Origin: Macrostomum hystrix
Taxonomy: Eukaryota > Animalia > Platyhelminthes
DNA length: 64,000 nucleotides
NCBI GenBank assembly: GCA_950097015.1
Contig: CATNEN010000039.1
Span: 20,708,001 to 20,772,000 of the forward strand
Direction: 5' to 3'
Shown here piece by piece: positions 13,601 through 24,800 of the stretch (its first letter is position 1; the number at the start of each line of letters is the position of its first letter). The notes under the pieces are model-generated. The model searched no databases and was not told the DNA's origin. It saw nothing but the letters and a program-made list of their open reading frames with translations. The translations under genes and the position numbers were made by a program.

Positions 13601-13954
13601 ATCCGATTCTAAGAAACCCTTTTACATCCCACTTTTTAAGATCCGATTCTAAGAAGCCCTTTTACATCCCACTTTTCAAGATCCGATTCTAAGAAACCCT
13701 TTTACATCCCACTTTTTAAGATCCGATTCTAAGAAGCCCTTTTACATCCCACTTTTCAAATCTGATTCTCAGAAACCCTTCTACATTCTGCTTTCGAAGA
13801 TCTCATTACAAGAAAACCTTCTAGCTTCTACATCCTCCATTCAATTATCCCATTCAAAGAAGCTTAACTTAAATAGGATTGACAAAAGCAGAAAAAAAGC
13901 GAAAAACTGCACTCTTACAAGTTGCTCGTCGCTTTGAATCGGATTCCGATCCAT
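4571..13954 (-). CDS. LRRC74-like leucine-rich repeat protein with a C-terminal EF-hand pair and polyQ tail (~678 aa, 10 exons)
   Basis: Exons 13954-13919, 12874-12736, 11731-11439, 10874-10649, 9585-9500, 9410-9216, 8197-8102, 7237-7034, 6030-5733, 5034-4571 join in frame (2037 nt). DEAYDTDLE motif, RI-type LRRs (LNLRDNRLG, LDASGNEF, LNLAHNQLG, LDLSWNCV, LDLSGNRI), EF loops DKDQSNAISRDE and DKDGDGEIDLAE. Confidence 0.88.
5073..5388. repeat. 21-bp intronic minisatellite (GTGAGCTGCCAGTCACTCAGT)
   Basis: About 15 near-perfect copies in the last LRR-gene intron. Confidence 0.97.
5399..5662. repeat. (CACT)n tetranucleotide microsatellite
   Basis: About 65 perfect copies; reads (GTGA)n on the gene strand. 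Confidence 0.98.
6080..6900. repeat. 17-19-bp intronic minisatellite (CATTATGAGCAGTCAT[CC]T)
   Basis: Tandem copies fill intron 6031-7033. Confidence 0.95.
7262..8075. repeat. 21-23-bp intronic minisatellite (GGGAGAATGGGATTCCTATAACAG-type)
   Basis: Fills intron 7238-8101; related to the 2277-3330 array. Confidence 0.95.
8325..9035. repeat. 15-bp intronic minisatellite (AAATCCCAAACCACA) with higher-order blocks
   Basis: Tandem copies, with recurring longer blocks containing cccagaatcgc. Confidence 0.95.
9660..10635. repeat. 15/20-bp intronic minisatellite (AAAACTGTCGAATGY, with AAACT inserts)
   Basis: Fills intron 9586-10648. Confidence 0.95.
10886..11430. repeat. 21-bp intronic minisatellite with two sub-types
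   Basis: ccactacctgcgttagctacc grading into ccaccagctgtcttacctacc; fills intron 10875-11438. Confidence 0.95.
11770..12270. repeat. 7-bp degenerate repeat (GATTCGG/GATTCGT)
   Basis: Tandem heptamers in intron 11732-12735. Confidence 0.93.
12270..12568 (-). mobile_element. tRNA-derived SINE family 2
   Basis: Minus strand shows A box tggcagagcgg, B box gagttcgattcc and an (ATT)n tail; homologous copy at 61794-62069. Confidence 0.8.
12950..13800. repeat. ~40-bp intronic minisatellite (GATCCGATTCTAAGAAACCCTTTTACATCCCACTTTTCAA)
   Basis: About 20 copies in intron 12875-13918. Confidence 0.93.
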
Positions 13955-14734
13955 TGTCCAGAAAATAAGGCCTATAACAAGTCAACGCGTAATAAAATCC
14001 AAAAATATGAACTTTTTTTAGCGGCCGAAGACTGCAGCGCGAATAATGTTCAGATCTGAAAAATTTCTGTCGCCTTTTATTTTTAATATATTTGTTTTTC
14101 TTTTCCTGTCTCTCTTTTTCTACCGCTAAAGCAGCGAGCAAGTCAATTCTCTGTGTTGTTTTTTTAAGTTTCCGTCTTTCAGTCTCTCTAAGCTATTGAG
14201 TCGGCATAAATTTTACCAGACAAAAGAAAACTGCGACTCCACATCTATCTAAATTGCTTCATTTTCATCTCCGACGCATTGAAATCTAGTTTTTTTGCCG
14301 ACGCTAGCCCGATAATTGTGCTAGCCAACAGACCATTCAAGCAGATTTTTACACCCATTTTGGGTGGGTCATTGCAGGTCGGCTCGCATAACTTTGAAAT
14401 ATAGGGTGGAAATATATTCTAAAGGTTCTGATATTTTTTAGTCTATTCAATTTCGCTAATATTTCTCTCTATGTCGGCTTCTTCTGAAAATGTAAAACTG
14501 AGGTAGCGTTTACAGCCACTTAATAATAACTGTATGACATGACCCATTTTGTTTAACTCTCTGTAATCTAGCTTCTCTGTCTAACAGGTAAATAGATATA
14601 CTATTGACATAGATAAAAAGATGAATAAATAAAAAATAATATAACTAAATAAGATTATTAAATAGATAAAAAAGAAATTAGAATATAAAAAAGCGATAAA
14701 GAAAGTGCGTTTTGTCGGGCTAAACTGCCAATAA

Positions 14735-15785
14735 GGGGAGTGTCTTGAAGTCTTGAAGGGTGTGAGCTGTGGGGCTGCACTGTCCATAAAGGGTGGGAGT
14801 GTCTTGAAGGGTGTGAGTTGTCGGACTACACTGTCCATAAAGGGTGGGAGTGTCTTGAAGGGTGTGAGTTGTGGGGCTACACTGTCCATAAAGGGTGGGA
14901 GTGTCTTGAAGGGTGTGAGTTGTGGGGCTGCACTGTCCATAAAGGGTGGGAGTGTCTTGAAGGGTGTGAGTTGTGGGGCTACACTGTCCATAAGGGGTGG
15001 GAGTGTCTTGAAGGGTGTGAGTTGTGGGGCTGCACTGTCCATTAGGGGGTGGGAGTGTCTTGAAGGGTGTGAGTTGTGGGGCTACACTGTCCATAAGGGG
15101 TGGGAGTGTCTTGAAGGGTGTGAGTTGTGGGGCTACATTGTCCATAAGGGGTGGGAGTGTCTTGAAGGGTGTGAGTTGTGGGGCTACACTGTCCATAAAG
15201 GGTGGGAGTGTCTTGAAGGGTGTGAGTTGTGGGGCTACACTGTCCATAAAGGGTGGGAGTGTCTTGAAGGGTTTGAGTTGTGGGGCTTCACTGTCCATAA
15301 AGGGTGGGAGTGTCTTGAAGGGTGTGAGTTGTGGGGCTACACTGTCCATAAGGGGTGGGAGTGTCTTGAAGGGTGTGAGTTGTGGGGCTACACTGTCCAT
15401 AAGGGGTGGGAGTGTCTTGAAGGGTGTGAGTTGTGGGGCTACACTGTCCATAAGGGGTGGGAGTGTCTTGAAGGGTGTGAGTTGTGGGGCTTCACTGTCC
15501 ATAAAGGGTGGGAGTGTCTTGAAGGGTGTGAGTTGTGGGGCTACACTGTCCATAAGGGGTGGGAGTGTCTTGAAGGGTGTGAGTTGTGGGGCTACACTGT
15601 CCATAAGGGGTGGGAGTGTCTTGAAGGGTGTGAGTTGTGGGGCTACACTGTCCATAAGGGGTGGGAGTGTCTTGAAGGGTGTTAGTTGTGGGACTACACT
15701 GTCCATAAGGGGTGGGAGTGTCTTGAAGGGTGTGAGTTGTGGGGCTACGCTGCCTATAAGGGGCGGGAGTGTCTTGAAGGGTGTG
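14735..15785. repeat. 51-bp intergenic minisatellite
   Basis: About 20 copies of gagtgtcttgaagggtgtgagttgtggggctacactgtccataaggggtgg between two divergent genes. Confidence 0.97.
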
Positions 15786-16342
15786 GGGCGAAAACGGTTA
15801 CTCTATGACCACAGAGGATTTATTATGTTGTTTTGTTGTTAGTTTGTTGCTAAATTTAACATTTATAAACCCAAAAAGTGCATTTCAAGGAAAGATAAGA
15901 ATAAAATTTCTAGAAATGCACAACAACAGCAGCAAAAAATGCGCCGACAAAGAGAACTTGTCCTTCTTGTTTCGCACAGAAAATATCACGATCAGCGAGT
16001 GAGCTGGTGTGCCAGATCGTCTCAAACACTGTGACACTGTCCTATTATCAATCTGTCAGTAACAATTTGCCACCCCGAATGAACTGATTATTTCTTATGC
16101 TTTCTGACCAAAGACAGAACTTCAGCATCTGGAACGCGACGTGCCATATCAGGTTCTTTTCTCCCAAAAATCAATTTCTGCCCCCCAGTGAAGCGACTTT
16201 TTATCAATATAAAAGCATATGAAAATAACGCTGACAAATTTCTAGGCACTCCCCTCTCACACCTTCGAAACATTAATAACACTCCACTTACGGGACACTG
16301 TCTTGAAGTCTTCTGATTTCTTTCCACTTCAACTGCGCCTAC

Positions 16343-19300
16343 ATGAATCGGTTAGCGCAGCTATCGATTCTTCTAGCTGCCGCCGTGGCCACCGCCTCAG
16401 CCGCTGCTGCGGCAGTCAACAGCATCCCGAATGCGGAGCTCAGCTACAATGGACAGGAGCTGCAGTTCTCATTCCCCAGTGAGCACAGGAGATTGCCTTG
16501 TAGACCTGTACAATCCCCTTTGTAGACGTGTACAATTGCCCTTGTAGACCTGTTCGATCCCCTTTTTAGCTCTGTACAATCGCCCTTGTAGACTTGTACG
16601 ATCCCCTTTGTAGACCTGTACAATCGCCCTTGTAGACTTGTACGATCCCCTTTGTAGACCTGTACAATCCCCTTGCAGATCTGTTCAATCCCGCCTTTAA
16701 ATTAACGTGATGCGCATTCCATACTACTAACTTCGAATTTTATAATCAGTAGTCAACGCGAGGATTACTCATCGCTTTTAGGCAGCGGTGTGAGTCTAAT
16801 TGGCCTGCACTATTCCATCAACAAGCTGGTCAACGGTGTCGAGGCCGGCGAGGTTAATGTCGACCTTCGCGACTCCGTCAACAACCAGCTGGTGCACAAA
16901 CAGCGGGTGGCCCTGAAGGACGGCGACTTCGTCTCCTACTGGTACGTGGCCATTGTGAATGGTCAGGGCTATCAACGCACTGGACAGCGCTGGGAGTACA
17001 AGACGGCACCGCCGACTACCACAACGGCGCGTCCGGCGCCAACCACCACCTCTAAACCAGCACCGACTCAGGGTCCCCCGGCTACACAGGGTCCCCCGGC
17101 TACTCAAGGTCCCCCGGCTACTCAAGGTCCCCCGGCTACTCAAGGTCCGCCTGTGACTGGCGGTCCGGTGCCGCCGACTTCCGCGCCACCGGCCGGTTAG
17201 TAAACTGCGATATGTATCGAAATTCATTCTGTGTCTAGCATTGTGCCAAAATCTCTTGATCCTTTGTTCGCCAACAAAAGATCCCCATAATGATTTGTTC
17301 CCAAACTAAAGATCCCCGTAATTCCTTCCTCCCAAACTAATGATCCCACAATCGTTTGTCTGAAACCAAATTATCCCATGATCTTCACCAACCAAATATC
17401 GAATGATCATCGGATCCTAAAACACAGATCCCATGATCTTCTCCGGGATCTTCTCAAGGATCCCATGTTCCTCTGTTCCCCAACACAGATCCTGAAATCA
17501 GTTGAAATATATTCTGCTGTTTGCCATCATTGTAGAGAAGTGCACCAGCTACCCCTGCTTGGTGTTCGAGGATAACTTCGACTTCCTGGACTTCAGCAAG
17601 TGGGAACATGAAATCACAGCTGGAGGCGGTGGTGTGAGTTCTGAAATGAATGATTCCTAAACAAAAGATTCCCAGAATTCTGTTTGCTTGCCTTCTTGCT
17701 TAAATCCGATCTCTTATTCCTAAATCCCATCTCTTCTCCGTCAGATCCCATCTCTTCTCCGTCAGATCCCATCTCTTCTCCGTCAGATCCCATCTCTTCT
17801 CCGTCAGATCCCATCTCTTCTCCGTCAGATCCCATCTCTTCTCCGTCAGATCCCATCTCTTCTCCGTCAAATCCCTTATTCATTCCGTCAGCAATAAACT
17901 CCTCTATTTGTCCTTATCCCCCCAAACCTTGGCATCCCACAGAACTGGGAGTTCCAGTACTACCACAACAACCGACGAAACAGTTTTACCCGCGACGGCA
18001 AGCTATTCATCAAGCCGACTCTGACCGCCGAGGATCGCGGCGAAGAGTTTATTCGCAATGGCCACCTGGAGCTGTGGGGTAGCTCGCCGGCAAACATGTG
18101 CACCGGCAACCAGTGGTGGGGCTGCTCCAGGGCGGCTGGCGGTGGTAACATTGTCAATCCGATTCAGTCAGCCCGACTGCGGACCGTTAACACCTTTGCG
18201 TTCCGCTATGGACGGATTGAGGTTAGCGTCTGCCCACCCACTATGTGATAAGAGCCAGTGTGAATTAGGACAGGTGAGAGAGATAAGAGCCGGTGTGAAT
18301 TGGGACAGGAGAGAGATAAGAGCCGGTGTGAATTGGGACAGGTGAGAGAGATAAGAGCCGGTGTGAATTGGGACAGGTGAAAGAGATAAGAGCCGGTGTG
18401 AATTGGGACAGGAGAGAGAGATAAGAGCCGGTGTGAATTGGGACAGGTGAGAGAGATAAGAGCCGGTGTGAATTGTGCCAGGTGAGAGAGATAATTGAGC
18501 CGGTGTGAATTGGGACAGGTGAGAGATATAATAACAGGTGTGATATTTGTCTCGCGAGACAGATAAAAGTGACAGGAGAGAAGGCATTGTCAATCACCCG
18601 CAGGTGGAGGCCAAGATGCCCACCGGTGACTGGATCTGGCCGGCCATCTGGATGCTGCCTCGGCGCAACGAGTACGGCGAGTGGCCGGCCTCCGGCGAGA
18701 TCGACTTGGTTGAGGCCCGCGGCAATCGCAACCTGCGCGGACCGGACGGTACCAGCGCCGGCGTCGACCAGATGGGCATGACCCTCCACTGGGGCCCCAA
18801 GTGGCCTTTCAACGGCTATCCCAAGACTCACGCTGTCAAGTGAGATGAGGCTACAATTTACTGCTAACATTATCCCCATCTCCCATGCAGTCTCCCACAC
18901 CTCCCATTCTCCTCCTCTACATTACAGTCTCAACCACCTTACAGTCTACCCTACCTCACAGTCTCTTCCATTCCCCATTCTCCCCAACCTACTATTCTCC
19001 CCAATCTCCCATTCTCCCCAATCTCCCATTCTCCCCAATCTCCCATTCTCCTCAATCTCCCATTCTCCCCAAACTCCCATTCTCCTCAATCTTCCATTCC
19101 CCCCAATCTCCTATTCTCCCCATTCTCCCATTCTCCCATTCTCCCCAAACTCCCATTCTCCTCAATCTTCCATTCTCCCCAATCTCCTATTCTCCCCATT
19201 CTCCCATTCTACCATTCTCCCCAATCCCCCATTCTCCTATTCTCCCAGTCTCCCCACCTTACAGCCCCCCATTATAGCCGGCCAATTATCTGCAGCTAAT

Positions 19301-19971
19301 TATTCGCTCTTTTATTAAACTTTTTCTAGGAACCTCAGCGGCGGCAAGACTTTTGGAACCGACTTTCACAAGTACCAGCTTGAGTGGGGACCGGAGATTG
19401 GTCTTGTGTAAGTCTGCGCTTGCGGCTGTGTATTTATTCTGAATTACATTTTTATTTCGTATCTCAGATTTATCTATATCACAAACAGTCACAGACAGTC
19501 TGATTGTCACAGACAATCTAATCGTCTAACTATCTACTAAACTGACTTCATTAATATCCAAATCGCCACCCTTCGAAATTCAGTTTCTCCCTGGACGGTG
19601 AGCACATCTTGACCGTCAATCCGCCGGAGGGCTTCTGGGAATTCGGCAAGGAGATCTGGGTGGACGAGAAGACCAAGCAGCCGCTTGATGAGGCCGCCTG
19701 GAACCCGTGGAAGTACAGCGGCGGAGCTACCCGATTGGCACCGTTCGACCGGCCCTTCTATATAATCATGAACGTGGCCGTCGGCGGTGTCAATTACTTC
19801 GGTGACGAATTGATCAACTCGCCCTACCCGAAGCCGTGGCGCAACAACGACGGCAACGCTATGGGCAACTTTTACAACGCTAAGCACCTGTGGCTGCCAA
19901 CCTGGAAAGATGAGAACGACGAGACCGCAATGCAGGTCAACTACGTGCGCGTCTGGAAGCTGCAACCCTGA
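16343..19971 (+). CDS. Secreted beta-1,3-glucanase / beta-glucan recognition protein (signal peptide, CBM39-like domain, P/T linker, GH16), ~542 aa, 7 exons
   Basis: Exons 16343-16478, 16782-17195, 17536-17633, 17943-18221, 18604-18839, 19330-19407, 19584-19971 join in frame with GT-AG introns. Motifs GGGNWEFQYY, GDWIWPAIWMLP, WPASGEIDLVE, APFDRPFYIIMNVAVGG, MQVNYVRVW. Confidence 0.95.
16495..16690. repeat. ~22-bp degenerate intronic repeat (TTGTAGACCTGTACAATCCCCT)
   Basis: About 8 copies in intron 1 of the GH16 gene. Confidence 0.85.
17724..17872. repeat. 21-bp intronic repeat (ATCCCATCTCTTCTCCGTCAG)
   Basis: About 7 copies; each unit resembles a polypyrimidine tract ending in CAG. Confidence 0.95.
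18247..18530. repeat. 35-bp intronic repeat (ATAAGAGCCGGTGTGAATTGGGACAGGTGAGAGAG)
   Basis: About 8 copies in intron 4 of the GH16 gene. Confidence 0.95.
18965..19260. repeat. CCCATTCTC-family degenerate intronic repeat
   Basis: Repeated ctcccattctccccaat in intron 5. Confidence 0.85.
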
Positions 19972-20681
19972 ACTGCCTGCTGAGCATTCTTGATCGAAGG
20001 TCAAGACCAATATTGCTCAAGGGTTGATCCTCATTGCAGCGGTGTAACGTGTGTTTGAGTTTATTTTAGTAAATATACGATTATATTCGACTGTGTTAGA
20101 GGTATGGGCCAGTTTAAATTATATGCGTAACATAACTTATTTGTTCCTTACGTTTCTTGATCTTTTGTTGATCGAATAGTATTAATATAAAGAATAAACT
20201 TCGTTGGAAAATAATTAAAGTTTCTTATTAAGATCGAGGAGGTGAAAATGCATCTTTCTATGCATGAGAGCTTGCCAGGCCCCAGTCTTGATTCCAAAAG
20301 GGCTTCGATACTTCTCCTCTCTTTGTACATCTTGTGATAATACTCGTACTTTCAAGGACTTCTAAACAACACTGCTGTTTAGTAGTCCGTGAATCGTTTT
20401 CAATGAATGCATGAGGTAAAAAAATTACAATATACATACGCGCGCTCGTATACAATTACTATTTTATTGTACTCTTACGTGCAGTTTTACAGAATATGAA
20501 TTTTACAAATGCAGTAACTAAATTTCCTGCAGAACGTATAGTCACACGTAGAATTGTTCCACAACATAAAACACAATTTACCACAACATTTACCACAACA
20601 TCAACTAGTAGAAAAGTTGTTTTCCATTTGTGGCGAACGAGTTTAAAAAAAGTGGGTTTATAGCGAGTCGCTAGTGAAACG

Positions 20682-21287
20682 CACAGATACTATATTAACT
20701 AGATAGTTCACTTCCATTTACTTATGTTGTTAAATATTTTAGCTACTTTCTGTTCGGTAGCAAGTAAAGAATATGGCTTGTATTTTTTGTAAGGATGAAC
20801 AAATCAAGTGGTTTAAAGATTGCAACAACGAGAACGAGAAAGAGAGAGTCACATGACCCATACGACTCTGTTATCAGTTCAAGAAAATGTACATTGGTTT
20901 GGTCCCTCAGGGCTCACAGTCAGTAAGCCTCACAGAGCAATTAAGTGGGGTAGAGGAGTGACGGGGGTAGAGTTTGTGTGGAAAGGCGCGGCGCGATTGA
21001 TAGTGAGGAGAGGAAGGAAGGAAAGGGAGTGAGAGGGGCAGACCAAATGGACCAATAGGAAGTTAAGAGGGATGGAAAATAAGATCGCACACAGCCAGCG
21101 TAGGGGGTGGGGGTTATCGACAGAATATCATCTTAAAGCGAAGTTAAATTCATACACCAAAACAGCGACATGTTAGCAACAGCCACAGATACTATATTAA
21201 CTTAGTATATAGTATAGTATAGTATATAGTATAGTATAGTATAGTATATAGTATATAGTATATAGTATAGTTAATATAGTATCTGTG
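20682..21287. mobile_element. Non-autonomous TIR element (CACAGATA termini, 8-bp TSD)
   Basis: TIRs cacagatactatattaact / agttaatatagtatctgtg; TSD gtgaaacg at 20674-20681 and 21288-21295. Confidence 0.88.
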
Positions 21288-21881
21288 GTGAAACGTGAGT
21301 TATCAAATGGGCTTGAATGTTCTGAGGAATTGAATGCACTCTGCTACACTAAGTTATTTCCACTAGATAAAAAAATTCTCATTTATAAACATAAAACAGA
21401 ATGCACCATTTTATTTTCATAGAAGCGTTCAACTTTTGTTTTGTTTAAACAATTGGAATCCGATAAAATATTGCGTGCGTGCACACAAGTAGTTCTGGAA
21501 TCCTAAACACGTAACTTAGGGCTTGCGCGGAAAACACATCTACAATTCTAACATCTGTGTGTTAGTATTCGTTTCGCTGACTGAAATAACGTTACACAAC
21601 AGCGCCTTCTATATAGCAGAATAGAAACTTCTCATTCCCTTTTTTATTGATTGGGCCCTTATTTAGTTCAAGTTATTCCAGGTTGAGGTTGGTTGGCAGG
21701 CAGGACACCTTCGCCTTCCACCTTATAAGCTTGTTTTTTACTGTGGCTACAACTCCCTCAAAATTATTGTAGGCTGTCAATTTAGATAATTGCATTTTGC
21801 TGGCTATTTAGACATAGTCTAGTAAATTTCAGGTTTTCACAAAAGAAAGCACTTTTGTAACTTTTCTATCCATATTTTAAA

Positions 21882-24800
21882 ATGCCAAAGAGAAAATACT
21901 TTGATACTTCAAAAGCAGTTCGTCTGAGCACTTATCGAGATCAACATTTTAAGGTAAATTAACTTGTTAGCATGCCTAGCCATGTCAAATTAAGCAAAAA
22001 ATTCTAGGTAGCACTAGAAAAGCTCAGCCACTGCTCAGACTGTCTGAGCAGTGTCTCATATTATGCCATTTGAGTTGTTTGTTTCTTATTAGTCATATTT
22101 TTTTTTACTTTTACTCTTAGTTTTATTTTTAAAATGTTTAAACTGTCTTTATAAAATCAATTTGAATACAACATGCAAAAGTAGAGGATTGCCAATATTG
22201 CTATATTGCAATTTAGTATTTTGTGTCCTTCTGAATTAGGCCTAGCTATTTTAGATACACATACACTGGAAAAATATAGGGGCAGGGGGACCAAGCTTAT
22301 TTTTCACCAAAATGCCTGCCTCTTTGTGCCCCATTCAGAATATCCTAGTTGCCCCATCAGTGGCACAACCAGGATTTTCTTAAGGTGGGTGCGGAGCAGA
22401 CCAGCAGCTTCTACGAGTGCATCTGTTGACTATTGGATTATGGATAGGGTAATGTATCATCAACCAAACAAGAATATGGATTTTTTAACTTCAAACCTAA
22501 GCTACAGATTTTCTATTTAAGATATGATTATAAATCAAAAGCCAAGTTATAGAAAACATTTATAACTTTTGTAGCAGCTGTTCTTGCTGTGTGATTTCTA
22601 TTTGCCCTAATTTCTATGATTTGTATTTTAGTCTCACGTGAGTAACATGTTACCTATGGTAGCTGAATGTGCCCGAGCGGTAGGGCACTCCTTAATATTC
22701 TAATTCCAGTCTTCCGGGGCTTTGCGCAGTGGATTGAAGTTGCCCAGTAGTTACGATCAGTAGACTGTAGGGGTAAGAATTTCTTCTTAATACAGTCGGG
22801 AATTGTATATTTATACCTTACTGATCATACATTACTTATGATTTCAGTATAGTTATCTGTCTCGAGTAATATACTCTAAAAAATAAGGCAATACGCCTTA
22901 ATTATATCAACAATACATTGATAGGGTAATGTATCATCAACCGAACAGTGTATCTTCAAAACCGAACAAGAATTTTGACTCCTTCCTTGGTCTCGTGCAA
23001 GACAGAAACAAGCTATTGTGTTTCACAAGAACAACTAATTTGAAAGTTGAAGAAATTATCTACAAGCTGAGGCATGATGTGCAATGAAGCATTAAGAGGA
23101 AAGAAAGATATAGATGTTTCAGTATAAATTTTTATTGCAAAAGCATACTTTTTAACAACATTTTTTCAGTATGTACTTTAGACGAAGATTGTATGTGGTT
23201 GCTTGCCAATTAAATGACCATAAATGTAGTTATTTATAGAACATGAAAAATGCTTTCAAATGACATAATTCATGATAGTTCACTCCTTAAAATAAGATTA
23301 AACCACTCACTCAAATTATAGAACCAAACATCAAATTCTCTGTTTGGTTTGAAGATACATAAAAATCATGTTTGAAATTTGACAAAATAGCAAAAGCAGA
23401 TACTTTTTAGAAAGATGTAACTGTTTTCTATAACTTGGCTTTTGATTTATCATCATATCTTAAATAGAAAATCTGTAGCTTAAGTTTGAAGTTAAAAAAA
23501 TACACATTCTTGTTTGGTTGATGATACATTACCCTATACCTTATCAGTTATTTAGAACTAGTACAGTTCAAATTTGGATAGAACTAATACAGCTCTAATC
23601 CCCTTTGAAATAATTGACTCAACATTATTAATTTAAAGAACAGTTATTGGTACATGGCCTTTTTGCTCTAAATGATTTGAGCGCCAAGCGAGAGCGTATA
23701 TTTTGACGATGTAAAACTCCCTCCTATTTATATAAAATAATTGAGGTGGTGGGAAAGTAAAACAAATGTTGTGACAAAATTCTTTTTTTAAAGGAAACTA
23801 CTAATTATTATATGGAAAATAAAAACGTTTAGCATACTAATAGGATACATTTCATGATATAATTCGTTGACAAAATTTATTTACATCAAAAGGTTTTAAA
23901 ACAATACAAATAAAATTCTATCTATCTCAACTGGCTTCCCTTAAGATGATTTAAAAAAAAAAGTGAAAAAATATCAAACACATGAAAGCATAAAAATAAA
24001 AGCATAAGAGGTATAGATACAAGGGATAGGCACAATGGATAAAAAAAGGAATATGGAAGTATAAAACATATGCCGAACCGGCTGGGTGAAACGAGGGCCA
24101 AGCAAGGTAAGTCGCAAAAACCAATCGACCAAGCGCAAAAAAAACAAAGGGGGGACCAAGGGACAAAAAAGGAAGGCGTGAAGAAAAGGAAAAAGGGGAG
24201 AGAAAAAGAGAGCAAATGAGAGCAAACTAAGTCATAAATAGAGCAATGAAACAAACTAAGTCGCAAATGAGAGCAAAAACTAAGTCGCATGGCCAGCTAA
24301 GATTTGGGAGGTTGCACATGTACGAGTTGCGCTGTAACTTGTGAATTACCGGCGTAATTTCCTACCGGCTTTGGTGGCGGCCGCTTATCTTCGTATCAGC
24401 CAGTCCTTAGATAGTTTTAATAGTGCAATTTGGCGCTTTAGCTGCTGTTGTTAGCTTTCCTCCAAGGTATGCAATAGCACACCATAATCTTCGCCCATAT
24501 TAATTGATAGTATTTTTGATGAGTTTGCCTTAATTTGTTGTCTTAGATCTCTTTGTGGCAGCTTTCTTGGGTCATGCGATGGTGAAGCGGACTTGATTGA
24601 TGGAACCGGATATACTGGTTTCTTCGTTGGTGGTGGTAATTCCAGTGGCTGAGGCTTTTGCCATTTGCGAGTTGTTTTTGGTGGAGCCCGCCAGGTTGAC
24701 TGAGTTAATAATGTTCTGGGCTTGGCACCTTCAGAGTGGCGATTCATTACTTCCTTAGGTATTACCACAAGAGCATTTGCCTGTAGGCGTAATAATTTGT

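Noticed and set aside
14581-15842. Long ORFs (up to 328 aa) with 17-aa repeats
   Set aside because: Read-through of a 51-bp minisatellite that is open in several frames on both strands.
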